A stretch of 41,087 nucleotides of DNA from Chiloscyllium plagiosum (GCF_004010195.1 NC_057756.1:1234424-1275510), one strand, 5' to 3'; positions 12,336-23,339 are shown, numbered from the stretch's first letter. Notes: a model not told the origin generated them from the letters alone. Program-made: numbers and translations.

Positions 12336-13039
12336 TACTTTGGCAGGGTTGGGGGTCTGGTCTTGTCCAGAACAGAAATTAGTGACTTTATGGATCTCGG
12401 ATAGTACAGAGAACTGGAGATCAGAGACAGCGGGAACTTGGCAAGGAGCAGCTGAACAGAGCAGAGCAGCAGGAAGACATTCAGAGGAGCAGCCCAGCAT
12501 TACAGTGACTCAATCCAGAACCTGAACACCTGCAGGGATGTCAGGATATAAAAAGGTGATACAGCATAAGTGGAAGCTGCTGATTGAGCAAGAACAGAAG
12601 CAAGTGATTAACACTTGTAATTCATAAAGTCTGTATTTTGTGGTTGATAGTTTGTACAGGTTTATTCTGTTTTAACAAGGTCAACAGAAGAAAAGTCCTA
12701 AAGCAACTGATGTTATTTGATTTTAAGAGACCTTTTAATAGTTTAACCCAAAGAAGGGGTTACCCCACATCAGATCAACTCAGAGCTGTGGTTTGCTCTT
12801 TCTGTTCTAGGTAGAAAGCTGGGCATATTTCCCGGAGAATGTCTCCAGTTGCTGCTCCTTGAAGCCCAGAGCTGCAGCAGCACTGAGGAGTGTGTGGAGC
12901 ACCTGCAAAAAGCTGAGAGTATTGTTGACAGTATGGCTAAAGGTGGTCACACTGCAGGCTAAGACTCTACTAGCTGAAAGGGAATGGCTGCCCACCAGAA
13001 AAAGCAAGAGGACTGAGCAGACATTGCAGGAACGAGGAA

Positions 13040-13770
13040 GTGCAGTGCTGCAAAAACACAGGTCAGGCAGCATCTAAGGTGCAGGAGAATCGACGTTTCA
13101 GGCAAGAGCCCTTCAAAAGGAATGAGGCTTGTGAGCTGAGGGAGTGGAGAGATAAATGGGAAGCAGGGTGGGGAAGGTAGCTGAGAGTACAATGGGTAGA
13201 TGGAAGTGAGCTTAAAGGTGATAGGTCAGAAAGGAGGGTGGAGTGGATAGGTAGGACAGGTTGCTGGGTTGGAAGGGGAAAAAAAAAAAATGAAGAAACT
13301 GGTGAAGTCCACATTGATGCTGTGTGATTGGAGAGTCCCAAGGCGGAAGATGAGGCTTTCTTCCTCCAGGCGTCAGGTGGTTAGGGTGTGGCGATGGAGG
13401 TGGCCCAGGACCTGCACGTCCTTGGCGGAGTGGGAGGGGGAATTGAAGTGTTTGGCCACGGATCAGTGTGGTTGGTGGGTGCAGGTATCCCCGAGATGTT
13501 TCCTGAAGCGCTCTGCAAGTAGGTGTCCTGTCTCCAAAGTAGAGACAACTCCATTGGGAGTTGCGGTTGCAGTAAATGATAGTGTGGAAGTGCAGATTAA
13601 ACTCTGATGTGGAAGGCTCCATTGGGGCCTTGGACGGAGGTGAGAGGTGAGGTGTGGGTGCAGGTTTTGCAATTCCTGCGGTGACAGACGAAGGTGCCAG
13701 GAGGGGTGGGTGGGTTGGTGAGGAGGCATGGACTTGACAAGAATGTCATGGAGGAGTCCACCCTCCTCTC
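13040..13770 (-). mobile_element. Penelope-like element fragment (GIY-YIG endonuclease region plus terminal repeat)
   Basis: Minus ETGHLLAERFRKHL...HQPH, preceded by a CKTCxHTSPLTSVQGP-like stretch; terminal GGTCAGGCAGCATC..GGAGAATCGACGTTTC. Confidence 0.75.
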
Positions 13771-13999
13771 CGACCAATCACCATTATCCCCACCTCCACG
13801 CAGGCTCTAGAGGCTGAGTGGTCTACTCCTGTTCCTCTTCCTTTTGGTCTAATGGGAAGGCAAGGCAAAGATTGCTCTGATTACTACTGTTTCTTGGGAG
13901 GGATCCTGCCCATACCATTGATCGCCTCAAACTCTCTCTGATGGTTGAGGTGTACAATAGAAAAATTAAGCAACACGTTTCTGAAGTGAAATTAACTCT

Positions 14000-14525
14000 T
14001 ACAGCCATACAGAGGTGCAGCACAGAAACAGACCCTTCAGTCCAGTTCATCCATGCTGACCAGATATCCTAAATTAATATATAATCATATCTGCCAGCAT
14101 TTGGCCCATATCCCTCTAAATCCTTCTTGCTTATGTTCCCATCTAGATGCGCTTTAAATGTTGTCATTGTACCAGCTTCCACAACTTCCTCTGGCAGATC
14201 ATTCCATACACGCACCACCGTTTCTGTGAAAAGGTTACCCCTTAGGACCCTTTTAAATCTTTCCACTCTCACCCTAAACATATGCCCTCCAATGCTAGAT
14301 TCCCCCACTCTGAGGAAAAGACCTTGTCTCTTTACCCTATCCATGCAGCTCATGATTTAAAAAATCTCTATAAAAGGTCCCCTCAGCCTCCGAGGCTCCA
14401 GGGAAAACAGCCCCAGCCTATTCAGTTTCTCCCTCCAGCTCAAACCTCCCAACACCCTTGTAAAATCTTTATGAACCCTTTCAAGTTTCACAATATCCTT
14501 CCTATTTCAGGGAGACCAGAATTGC
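14000..14525 (-). mobile_element. CR1-like LINE 3' end
   Basis: RGNLFTETVVRVWNDLPEEVVEAGTMTTFKAHLD; GGACTGAAGGGTCTGTTTC tail. Confidence 0.9.
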
Positions 14526-14679
14526 TTCTGCACACAAAAGATGGTCCAATCTGGGACACTGAATAACAGTGACCCTTTGTGGAAAAATCAACTGTTAGAT
14601 TCAAAGAGTGGAGATTGATGAATTTCTGGACATGATAGTCCTTTAGATTTGCACCCTATCATATTCACACTCACCACCA

Positions 14680-15070
14680 ATACTCAGTTGCAGCTCCTCT
14701 GGCAGCGTTGACCAAACCCACAACCATTTCCGCCAAGAAGGACAAAGATAACCAACACGAGAACACCACCCTCTACATCCCGTCTTGTAAATATATTGCT
14801 ATTCCTTCAGGACTACTGGGTCAAATTCCTGGGGCTCTCCCCCTGACAACACTGTGGGTGTCGCTATTCCAACGACTGCAATGGTTCAAGAAGGCATCGC
14901 ACCCACAGATTGTCCAGGGCATAGTATGAAGGGCTTTTGCCCAAAACGTCGATTTGCCTGCTCCTCGGATGCTGCCTGACCTGCTGTGTTTTTCCAGGAC
15001 CACTCTAATCTACACATCAACAATTAATGCTGACCTAGCCAACAACGTTCCACATTCCATGAACAAATAA
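14680..15070 (+). mobile_element. L2/CR1-group LINE 3' end with a Penelope half-element (about 14927-15010)
   Basis: CTGGGTCAAATTCCTGG..TGTGGGT..GACTGCAATGGTTCAAGAAGGCA..CCACATTCCATGAA; homologous copy at 19440-20120. Confidence 0.55.
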
Positions 15071-15529
15071 GCATCTTTGAAAGTTTACATCTTCAAGAAA
15101 CAGTGTAAGGAATGAAAGAGGGTACATGATTTTAGGACACACATCAGCATGCCAGAATGTGTCAAGGGTTAAATGCCTTACTCCTTTTATTCCTGGATGG
15201 TGGATCGCGAATTCAAACAGGAAGTCCACAAATCTGCTCCACCTTCTCTTTTGCTTTCTCCACAGATAGTGTCAGACCTGTTGACTTTCTCCAGCACTTT
15301 GACCAAAAATAAAAACAAGCAGTGGCAGTTCTGAAATTGTCAACAAAGTTCAGTTAAGGTTGAAGGTCACGAATGTTTCTTGGGATGTGACCATCACTGG
15401 CTAAATCACAATTTATTGCCTCTTCCTAATTGCCATGAATAAAATGGTAGTTAGGTAGCTTTGTAAATCTCAGTAGTCCTTAGAGGCAGTGTTCTGGGCT
15501 CCCTGGTCATCGGCAGCATCCTTCCTGCA

Positions 15530-16140
15530 TTTATTCTCCCTAGTCCTGTTGTTAGAAATTGATAGGTTTCTGTGAGATCCCCCTCGTTCTTCTGAACTCA
15601 AGTGAATGTAATCCTAACTGATGCAGTCTCTTTCATATATCAGTTCGATCATACTAGGAATCAGTCTTGTAATTTTTGTTGCAATCCTTCCATCACTAAA
15701 GTTTTCTTCCTCAGAAAAAAGAGGCCCAAAACTGCACAAAATATTCCAGTTGTCGTTTCAGCAAGGCCCCTGCACAATTGCAGCAAGAAATCCCTGCTAC
15801 TGTACTTGAATCCTCTCGCTATTAAGGCCAACGTACTATTTGACTTTTCATTGCCTGCTGCACTGCACACTGGCATTCAAAGACACCCAGGTCTCTTTGC
15901 AGTTCCCTTTTTCTCAAATTTATTTGTTATTAATAAATAATCTGCTGTCTGGTTTTGCTATAAAAGTGGATAACTTCACATTTATCCACCATGTACTTTA
16001 TCTATCATGCATTTGCCCACTCACTCAACTTGACCCAAATCACACTGAAGCAGTATCCTCACAGTTCACCTTTCCACCTTGCTTTGCATCATGTGCAAAC
16101 TTGGAAATGTTATATTTGATTCCCTCATCCAAATCATTAA
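15530..16140 (-). mobile_element. CR1-like LINE RT 3' fragment
   Basis: KSNSTLALIARGFKYSSRDFLLQLCRGL; minus TCCAAGTTTGCACATGATGCAAAG (SKFADD-like). Confidence 0.8.
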
Positions 16141-16600
16141 ATATTTATCCACCATAACGTCTGCTGTATCTAACTCTTGACTCACATTTATCACCTTAGT
16201 TACACTTTTTCCCTTTGAGAATATGACCCCTACTATGGAATGAGTGATGATTGTTTCAATCCTTTAACATCATTTTACTAAATTGGTGCTGTTAATTCCA
16301 GGCACAATACACCCTTCCTGAGGTGTAGTACCCAAAACCGAACACAGTTACTCCAGATGGGACCTCATAAGAGATTTCAGCTCTAACATAAATTTTCACA
16401 CCTTTGGACTGAAGCTCTCATGACAAAGAGAAAATACCATGTATCTTTTTTTAAAAATGATGATTTTTATCAGTTTATTAACTTGGGCTTGTTGACCTTT
16501 CTGCTCTGTCACACATCGTACATTTTTCAAATACTTACTGATTGATCTATCTTGGTGGAAGGATATCCTCACATACTTGAAAACATAATACTGCAGATAC

Positions 16601-16938
16601 AACACGGCACAGTTGTTAGCACTGCTGCCTCACAGCGCCAGCAATCAGAGTTCGATTTCAGCCTTGGGCAACTGTGGAGTTTGCACACTTTTACCCTGGT
16701 CTGCATGGGTTTTCTCCAGGTGCTCTGGTTTCCTCCCACAATCCAAAGGTATGCAAGGGTACGTGAACAAATCATGCTAAATTGCCCATAGTGTTCAGAG
16801 ATGTGTAGGTTAGATGCATTAGTCAAGGGAAATGTAAAGTAATATGTTAGGAGAATGGATCTGGATGGGTTATTCTTCAGAGAGTTAGTGTGGACGTGTT
16901 GGGGCGAATGGCCTGTTTCCACAATAAGGATTCTATGA
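16601..16938 (+). mobile_element. HE1-like SINE
   Basis: TTAGCACTGCTGCCTCACAGCGCCAG head through GGCCTGTTTCCACA..GATTCTATGA tail. Confidence 0.88.
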
Positions 16939-17666
16939 ATAGCTCTAAAAGAAACTGGGGATCCTCCGCAGATCTGCAAGCATCTGCAAACAGAGGAAAG
17001 GAGTTCATGTTTGAATCTTCAACACTGAAGAGACAGCTAGAAGTGTGAAAGCATGGGTGGAAGTGGAACAGAAGACCAACATATGGGAGTAATAAACGAC
17101 AAGGAAAGTTCAACATTAAAAGGTGTCATCAAACACAAGGTGGAGGGAGTGGTAACAGTTGTAGTGTCAAAGGCAGCCCTCATACTAGCTCCATCTGCTC
17201 CAGTTTTGTACAGTTTATTAATATCCCTTTGCAACTGGCTACTGCCACCTGCATTGTCAGCACTCTTAATTAGGCTAGCTACTTTTCTTTTCCTAGCGAA
17301 CCAATTCTAAACATACAGACAAGTTATGACCCCATTACAGGTCTCACCATTTTGAGAACACATCCACTGTCTGTATCCATAAGAGCATAAGAAATAGGAA
17401 CAACAGAACGCTGTTTGGCTTCATGAGCCTGCTCTGCCTTTTCATTGTATAATGGCTGATCTGAGACTCCTCCAATCAACTTCCCTGCTCTTTCCCCCTA
17501 CTGATCAAGAATCTATCTCAGCCCTGAATATGGTTAAAAATTCCATCCCTTCAACTTTCTATGGTAAAGAGTCCCAAAGATACAACCCTCAGAGAAGAGA
17601 TTCCTGCTGACTCCAGTCTTAAAATTAACTCAGACTATAAAGACAATCAATGATATTCTGTAAATT

Positions 17667-17860
17667 GGGAGAAAGTGAGGACTGCAAAAGCTACAGATCA
17701 GATGCGAGAGCATGGTGCTGGAAAAGCACAGCAGGTCAGGCAGCATCCAAGGAGCAGGAGAATCGATGTTTCAGGCATAAGCCCTTCCCCAGGAATGAGG
17801 CCTGTGGGCCAGAAGGTGGGTTTGGGGGGGGGGGGGGGGGGGTAGCTGAGAATGCAATAG
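17667..17860. mobile_element. Penelope-derived terminal fragment with poly-G
   Basis: GAAAGTGAGGACTGCA..GCTGGAAAAGCACAGCAGGTCAGGCAGCATCC. Confidence 0.75.
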
Positions 17861-17929
17861 AGACTCTAAATTGTTTGCATTCCTCTCACAACCTGCTTTC
17901 CACCTGTTTTTGTGATGTCGGCAAATCTT

Positions 17930-19020
17930 CGGTCCGACTCACCCACGCTGACCAGTTATCCTAACCTAATCTAGTCCCATTTGCCAGCACCTGGCTCATA
18001 TCCCTTGAGACCTTTCCTATTCATATACCCAACCAGATCCCTTTTAGACACTAATTGTATCAGCCTCCACCACTTCCTTTGGCAGCTCATTCTAGGCATG
18101 CACCATTCTCAGTGCAAAAACGTTGCCCCTTAGGACCCTTTTATGTCTTCCCCCTCTCACCCTAAACCTATGAACTCACCCATGCAAGGGAAAATACTTT
18201 GTCTATTTATCCTATGGATGCTCATGATTTTGTAAACCTTTATAAGGTCACCCCTCAGCCTCCAAGGCTCCAGAGCAAACAGCCCCAGCCTATTCAGTCT
18301 CTCTCTACAGCTCAAATCTTCCAACCCTGGCAACATCCTTGTAAATCTTTTCTGAACATTTGCATAGGCTATAAGCAGGTAGGGAAAGAGTTGAGTTTGA
18401 GTTTTGTTAAACATGAGATTCAGCTGAGCATGACTCAGATCAGATAACTTACAGTTAACAATGGGGTTCTGGAGACAAGGGTAATGGGTTAACAAGGTGG
18501 AAACACATTCAGTATGTAGAACCATTTAACAATATTGGAAGCATTCAGTGTGCAAGGTCAGCTTAACAAGGTGAAAAGTATTCATATGTGAAGCCAGTTA
18601 AGGTTAAGAACATTCATTGTGTAACAGCAGATGGCTCAATCTTTACTGTTAATGCTTGCTGATTGTAACAGTCACCCAATTAATATGTATGTTGCCTTAT
18701 CTGGATGCTCCGCCCTGTAAAATGACTATAATTCTTTAAGGAACTGCTGTTCAAGAGAAAACCATGAGGGCCCAGAATAAAGACGAAGGAAGCAAAACTA
18801 TACAGTGTCTCTGAGCACTTTGCTTTGACTGAGCGGGGAAAATAGGACGACATTTCAAATTTCACAACATCCTTCCGAATGGAAAGAGACCAGAATTGCT
18901 TGCAATATTTCAAAAGTGGCCTATCCAACATCCTGTATATTTGCAACAAGACCTCTCAACCCCTATACTCAATGCTCTGACCAATAAAGGAAAGCATACC
19001 AAATGCCTTCTTCACTGTCC
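17930..19020 (-). mobile_element. CR1-like LINE 3' end interrupted by LTR-like copy 2
   Basis: MLQIYRMLDRPLLKYCKQFWS..RKDVVKFE continues after the insert as VQKRFTRMLPGLEDLSCRERLNRLGLF. Confidence 0.85.
18362..18849 (+). mobile_element. LTR-like repeat, copy 2 (truncated)
   Basis: Colinear with about 11620-12150 (TTCAGCTGAGCATGACTCA, GGGTAATGGGTTAACAAGGTGGAAA, GGGCCCAGAATAAAGA); flanked by ACATTT at 18356-18361 and 18850-18855. Confidence 0.7.
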
Positions 19021-19439
19021 TATGTATCTGCAGTCATCATTCTGAAAAAGGGCCACTTATACCTACTCGCTGTTCATTAGCCAATTCCTTATCATTGTCA
19101 ATTGTCTCATCCAAACTTACAAGTCAAAACCAAAAGAATAAAGATTGAAAACTAGAGAACTGATAGTAAGTGGATATTGATTTCTGGTTAGACTTGAAGC
19201 TCGATGCATAAATCTTGTTTCCAGATTATAGAAAGGGTACATAGTACAAGAGGGCACAAAGAGTGTAAAGGATATATAATTCTGCAATTCTACGATCTCT
19301 GCCTTGAAACAGAAAGGCTAACAAGTGAGCTTATAATAAAGATATGGTGGATGCGGGGACAATTAAGGTCAGCTAAGTGGTTTGAAATATTAAAGGATTT
19401 TTACAAAGTAGTCTGCTTCATTTCCACCACATTCAGCGT

Positions 19440-20120
19440 CCATTTTCACCCTCACTGACTGCAGCAGTGTGCATGATCAATGAGATTCTCTGCAATAACA
19501 TCCAAGGCTCCTCCAAAAGCACTTCCCAAACCGCATTTCCTCCACCACCTTGAAGGATGAGGGCAATAGATACTTGGGACACCCACCACTTTCAAGTTCC
19601 CTGCTAAGACACAGGAACAGAAATCAGGCCATTCAGTCTATCAAGTCTGCTCTGCCATTCAATAATGGCCGATAAGTTTCTCATCCCCATGCTCTCACTT
19701 TCTCTTCATCACCCTTGATCCCCGTTCACAATCAAGAAGCTGTCTCATCTTAATGACACTCAACAACCTGGCCTCCACACCCTTCTGTGGCAGTGAATTC
19801 CATAGATTCACCAGTCTCTGGCTGAAGAACCTTCTGCTATTCAAGATATTCACCAACCTGACTTAGAGATATATTGCTGATTGATTGTGACTGGGTCAAA
19901 ATCCTGGAACTTCCTCACTAATGACATGGTGGGTTTACCTACATCATAGACTGCGAAGCTACTTGGATGCTGCCTGAACTGCTGTGCTCTTCCAGCACCA
20001 CTAATGCAGAATCTGGTTTCCAGCATCTGCAGTCATCGTTTTTACCACCATTACAAAGGTCAACTGGGGACCAGAAACAAATGCTGGTTCAGCCAAGGAT
20101 CCCACATCCCATGAATTCAT
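19440..20120 (+). mobile_element. L2/CR1-group LINE 3' end with nested CR1 tail (minus, about 19610-19835) and Penelope remnant (about 19955-20045)
   Basis: CTGGGTCAAAATCCTGGAACT..CCCACATCCCATGAAT terminus shared with 14680-15070. Confidence 0.55.
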
Positions 20121-20516
20121 TTAGGAACTATATAGTGGGGGAAAAAGTGCTCCCACTTCAAGGAAAGGAAAGAAAAATGAAAGGGCATCAATAAATCCAT
20201 GGGGAAACTCAAACATTTCTTCAGGTTCGGAGAATGCGGTGCTGCCCGTGTTCGGGACGGAAAGCAACTCATTTGTTGGGCGCGGGGAGGGGGGGAAACT
20301 AGAGCGTAGATAATGTTGAAGAAGGGAAGAGAGAAGTAACGCTGAGCGTGTTGCCGGAGGATCGAATGAAAGGGAGTTTTAATATGAAGTGCAAATCCGG
20401 CATGCCGCCTTTTATAAGCGCTGTCTTCTTTTATTTCACAAATGAATGAATTCCGTTATCGCCGCCTTGAGTTAAAATCGAGTGCAAGTGATCCTGGGCG
20501 CAATTTGCGTACTCAC

Positions 20517-20747
20517 CCTGGCGGTGCGGGTGAGGTCATTGAACTTCTTGCGGCACTGCAACCAGGTCCTGGGAGTGATGCTCTTGAGATTGACATAGAG
20601 TGCCACCTCCCTCCAGGCCTGGCGCAGGGTCTGCCTGGGCATCTTCCTGCCATCCGAAGGGAAGAGGACCTCCTTGTGGGCTCTCACCTGCTCCACCAAG
20701 ACCTTCAGGGCGGCATCGCTGAACCTGGGAGCGCGGGGTTCCACCAT
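20517..20747 (-). CDS. First coding exon of a Myb/SANT-like DNA-binding domain protein (MSANTD/NAIF1/MYPOP-like, PIF-Harbinger-related); downstream exons not identified
   Basis: ATG at 20747 in GAGGCCATGG Kozak context. 77 codons, MVEPRAPRFSDAALKVLVEQV...LFP...AWREVA...RTWLQCRKKFNDLTRTAR, match the trihelix pattern RxxRFS..L..V....LF...W..VA....R.W.QCRKKxxDL. The exon ends in phase 0 at the donor CAGG|GTGAGT (GT at 20516-20515) and lies in a CpG island. Confidence 0.88.
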
Positions 20748-20849
20748 GGCCTCCAGCTCGCTTCGGCGCCCGGCCTCCGCCCCGCAAGGAGACCAAGTCT
20801 CCGCGGCGGCACCGCACCCTTTTGTTGGTGCGGTTTGTTGTTGCAAGCG

Positions 20850-21110
20850 TGCGCTTTAAACCAGCGCTGGGTGCGCCGGATATTGCTCGGCCCGGAACTC
20901 CCGCCCTGTAGCGCAGCGACCGGCGTAAGGGACGCCGCGCCAGCAGCGCCGCTTCCGATTGGCTGCTTCGCTCGGAGGGTGTGGGCCGCCGCGCGTGGGC
21001 CAGTCACACACAAAGGGAGGCCGTCCTTCCACCGAGGGGAGCAGCCAATGAGAAGGCGGCCCGTTCCGGGCGGCCGCTCGCGCCCGCTCCGCGCCGCGCC
21101 ACCCCCGAAA
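20850..21110. promoter_or_regulatory. Core promoter: TATA-like TTTAAA, GC box, ETS-like sites, two opposed CCAAT boxes
   Basis: TTTAAA 20855-20860; CCGCCC at about 20901; GCTTCCG 20951-20957; ATTGG 20958-20962 (AGCCAATC on minus); CCAAT 21045-21049 (AGCCAATG on plus). Confidence 0.6.
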
Positions 21111-21119
21111 TTGACCAGC

Positions 21120-22045
21120 TCCCGGCGCGGCGGGATCTTGTCAGTTTCCCTCACCTGGCATCCTGTTAACCGGTGCTCACGGCGTTGGATCCTCAGATCC
21201 ATTCCCGCTGGGATCCGGTTGCTGGCAGCGTCACACCGAGAATCCCGAGGGCGGGAGCGGGTTACAGGCAGTAGGACGGGAGGAGATTGCAGGGGGTAGA
21301 TCCCACAGCACCATTCCCGGCCCCGAAGATCCCGAGGACGGGAGGGGGCGATTACAGGGGGGGGGGGGGGGAGATTTCGCACTGCCCCTCTTCTGCGATC
21401 CCCAAATCTCACCAACCAGTGGAGACGGGGCCAAATGCTTGCTTCTCCCCTCCTTGGGACCTGGGGATCTTGGAGACGCGGCATGGGAAGGTTTACAGGA
21501 TCAAATCCCAGGGATCCCCCAGCATGGCGTGCTCAGGGGGGAAAGGTATGTATGGGAGGAGTAGGTTCAGTAGATTCCGCAGCTTTCCTCTTTAGGGATT
21601 CACTCGCGGTTACGGGTGGATCCTTCAGCTTCACTCGGATCCCGAGCACGGCGTGGCTTGAGGGGGAGGGTCACAGGGGCGGATCCTGAAGTGTCCCTGT
21701 CCTGAGATTTCGGAACTCTGGTGAGGATTGGGCGGGGTAGATTGCAGGAGCGGATCCTGCAGCTTTTCACCTGGTCCGGGGGATCATGGACTGTTATAGG
21801 AGTGGATCCTGCAGCCTATCTCCTGGTCCCCATGATGCCGAGGGGTGTTGCATTTGTTGGGGGGATGGCCGGTCTGGACCAGATCCTGCAGCTTCACTCT
21901 TGTCCCCAGGGATCCCGAGCTGCGGGTGGTTAACAGGAGCACATCGCGCAGCTTCTCGATCGGTCCCGGGATCCTGGGGATGTTTTTCTCCTCATCCCGG
22001 GAGTATCGGCAGGTGCAGCGAATCTGCCTGAGGAGATCCAAGTTC
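21120..22045. repeat. GC-rich degenerate tandem repeat rich in GGATCC/AGATCC
   Basis: 10 GGATCC (21187, 21211, 21512, 21618, 21637, 21681, 21752, 21804, 21910, 21969) plus several AGATCC; recurring unit resembling GTTACAGGAGCGGATCCTGCAGCTTCACTC..GGTCCC..GGGATCCCGAG. Confidence 0.7.
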
Positions 22046-22084
22046 GCAAGAGTCCGTCTTTGCTCCACAATTAATTGACTCTGG

Positions 22085-22950
22085 TCGGGGCAGAAAGTGG
22101 CTGAGAGCCGTGGGATAGAGAAAGGGATGATGGGGACGGGACAGAAAACGCTGGAAAAAGAAGAGAATTGAGGGAGAGAGAAAGTGTGCGAGGGGGCAGC
22201 GAAATAACAGGCAAACGGACTGGAGGGGTACGACAAATGGGAGAGACAGCAGGTCAGGGAAGAGTTTAGAATAGAGAGAGTTGGGAGACAGAAAAAAAAC
22301 GGAAGGAGAAAGATAATGGGGGAAAGGGAGACAAAGAGATAGGAAGGGAGGGAGAGCGAGGAAGGGATGAATGAAAAGAGGAAGGTGCCTCAGTTCTACA
22401 AGAGAGTGACAGGCAGGGGAGAGAGAGTGGGAGAATGTGGGAGATGGGAGAAGAGTCAGCAGGTGAGGGCAGGGAGGGTGAGAGATGGGGGGTGCGTGAG
22501 AAGAGGTGCAGAGACTCATCAGGACAACAGAAGATTGGGGAATGAAGGGAGAGAAAGATTAGAGGTGGGTGTGAGAAGGAGACTGAGAGCAGAAGAGAGA
22601 TGCAGAGACAGTAGGAGAGACAGAGAGATGCATAAGCAGTTTGGAGAGACAGGCAGAACACAAGTGAGTAGGAGGGTGAGAGACAAGGACAGATGCTCTG
22701 CATGGGAGCAAAGATGTGAGATACAATGACTGGCAGGGGATGGGGGTTACAAAAGAGTGTGGAATTGGAAGATGGAGCATGGGAGAAAGAGAGAGTGAGG
22801 GAAAGATTAACAAGAGTTTAAAAGTTAAATGAAAAAGACTGGGAGTAGGAAGATAAAGAGTAGGTTGGAGAGAGCAAATGTGTGCGGAAGACAGAGTAGG
22901 GAGGAAACACAGGAGAGAAGGTTAGACACAGACCAGCAAAGAAGGCACAA
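22085..22950 (+). repeat. Purine (GA)-rich low-complexity tract
   Basis: Plus strand almost entirely G/A (GAGAGA, GGGAGA runs); minus-strand ORFs here are S/L/P/F low-complexity artefacts. Confidence 0.85.
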
Positions 22951-23008
22951 GCATTCAGTGGGGAGGCGCAAGCATGTCTGTGCTGGTCAAAAACAGCCAT
23001 CTATCTAG

Positions 23009-23320
23009 GTTAGATTACATTCCCTACAGTGTGGAAACAGGTACTTTGGCCCAACAAGTCCACACTGACCCTCTGAAGAGTAACCAAACAGAATCATTTT
23101 CCTCTGACTAGTTCATCTAGCGCTATGGGCAATTTAGCACAGCCCATTCACCTGGCTTGCACATCTTTTGGAATGTGGGAGGAAACCAGAGGACCCGCAG
23201 GAAACCCATGCAAACATGGGGAGAATGTGCAAACTCCACACTCCAAACTGAAGCTGGGATCAAACCTGAGTCCCTATCACTGTGAGGCAGGACTGCTAAC
23301 CACTAAGCCATTGTGCTGCT
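23009..23320 (-). mobile_element. HE1-like SINE
   Basis: Colinear with the 36972-37271 copy. Confidence 0.88.
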
Positions 23321-23339
23321 CCTATTCTGATCCCATTTT

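Larger units (their letters stand above)
20220..22070. promoter_or_regulatory. CpG island covering the promoter and first exon
   Basis: Abrupt rise in GC and CpG density relative to the CpG-depleted flanks; contains the start codon and first donor. Confidence 0.85.

Noticed and set aside
13823..14000. Candidate minus-strand acceptors for exon 2
   Set aside because: Phase-0 readings stop within 5-18 codons and lack the basic/TGGG segment that usually follows this domain.
17037..17300. Candidate exon 2 on minus (QRDINKLYKTG...)
   Set aside because: LQRDINKL resembles a decayed LINE RT motif, and the adjacent sequence is a Penelope-like remnant.
20748..20846. N-terminal extension MQQQTAP... 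of the 124-aa ORF
   Set aside because: Begins at a TTG; the ATG at 20747 has strong Kozak context and coincides with the start of the domain.
21100..21150. Possible Harbinger terminal inverted repeat (CCCGAAATTGACC...GGCGGGATCTT)
   Set aside because: Only a vague resemblance; no matching inverted partner or TWA target duplication was found in the window.
20442..21299. 285-aa plus-strand ORF and 259-aa minus-strand ORF (20705-21484)
   Set aside because: R/P/G/A-rich shadow ORFs expected in a stop-poor CpG island; no recognisable domain.
21992..22813. Long S/L/P/F- or R/E/G-rich ORFs
   Set aside because: Translations of the polypurine low-complexity tract.
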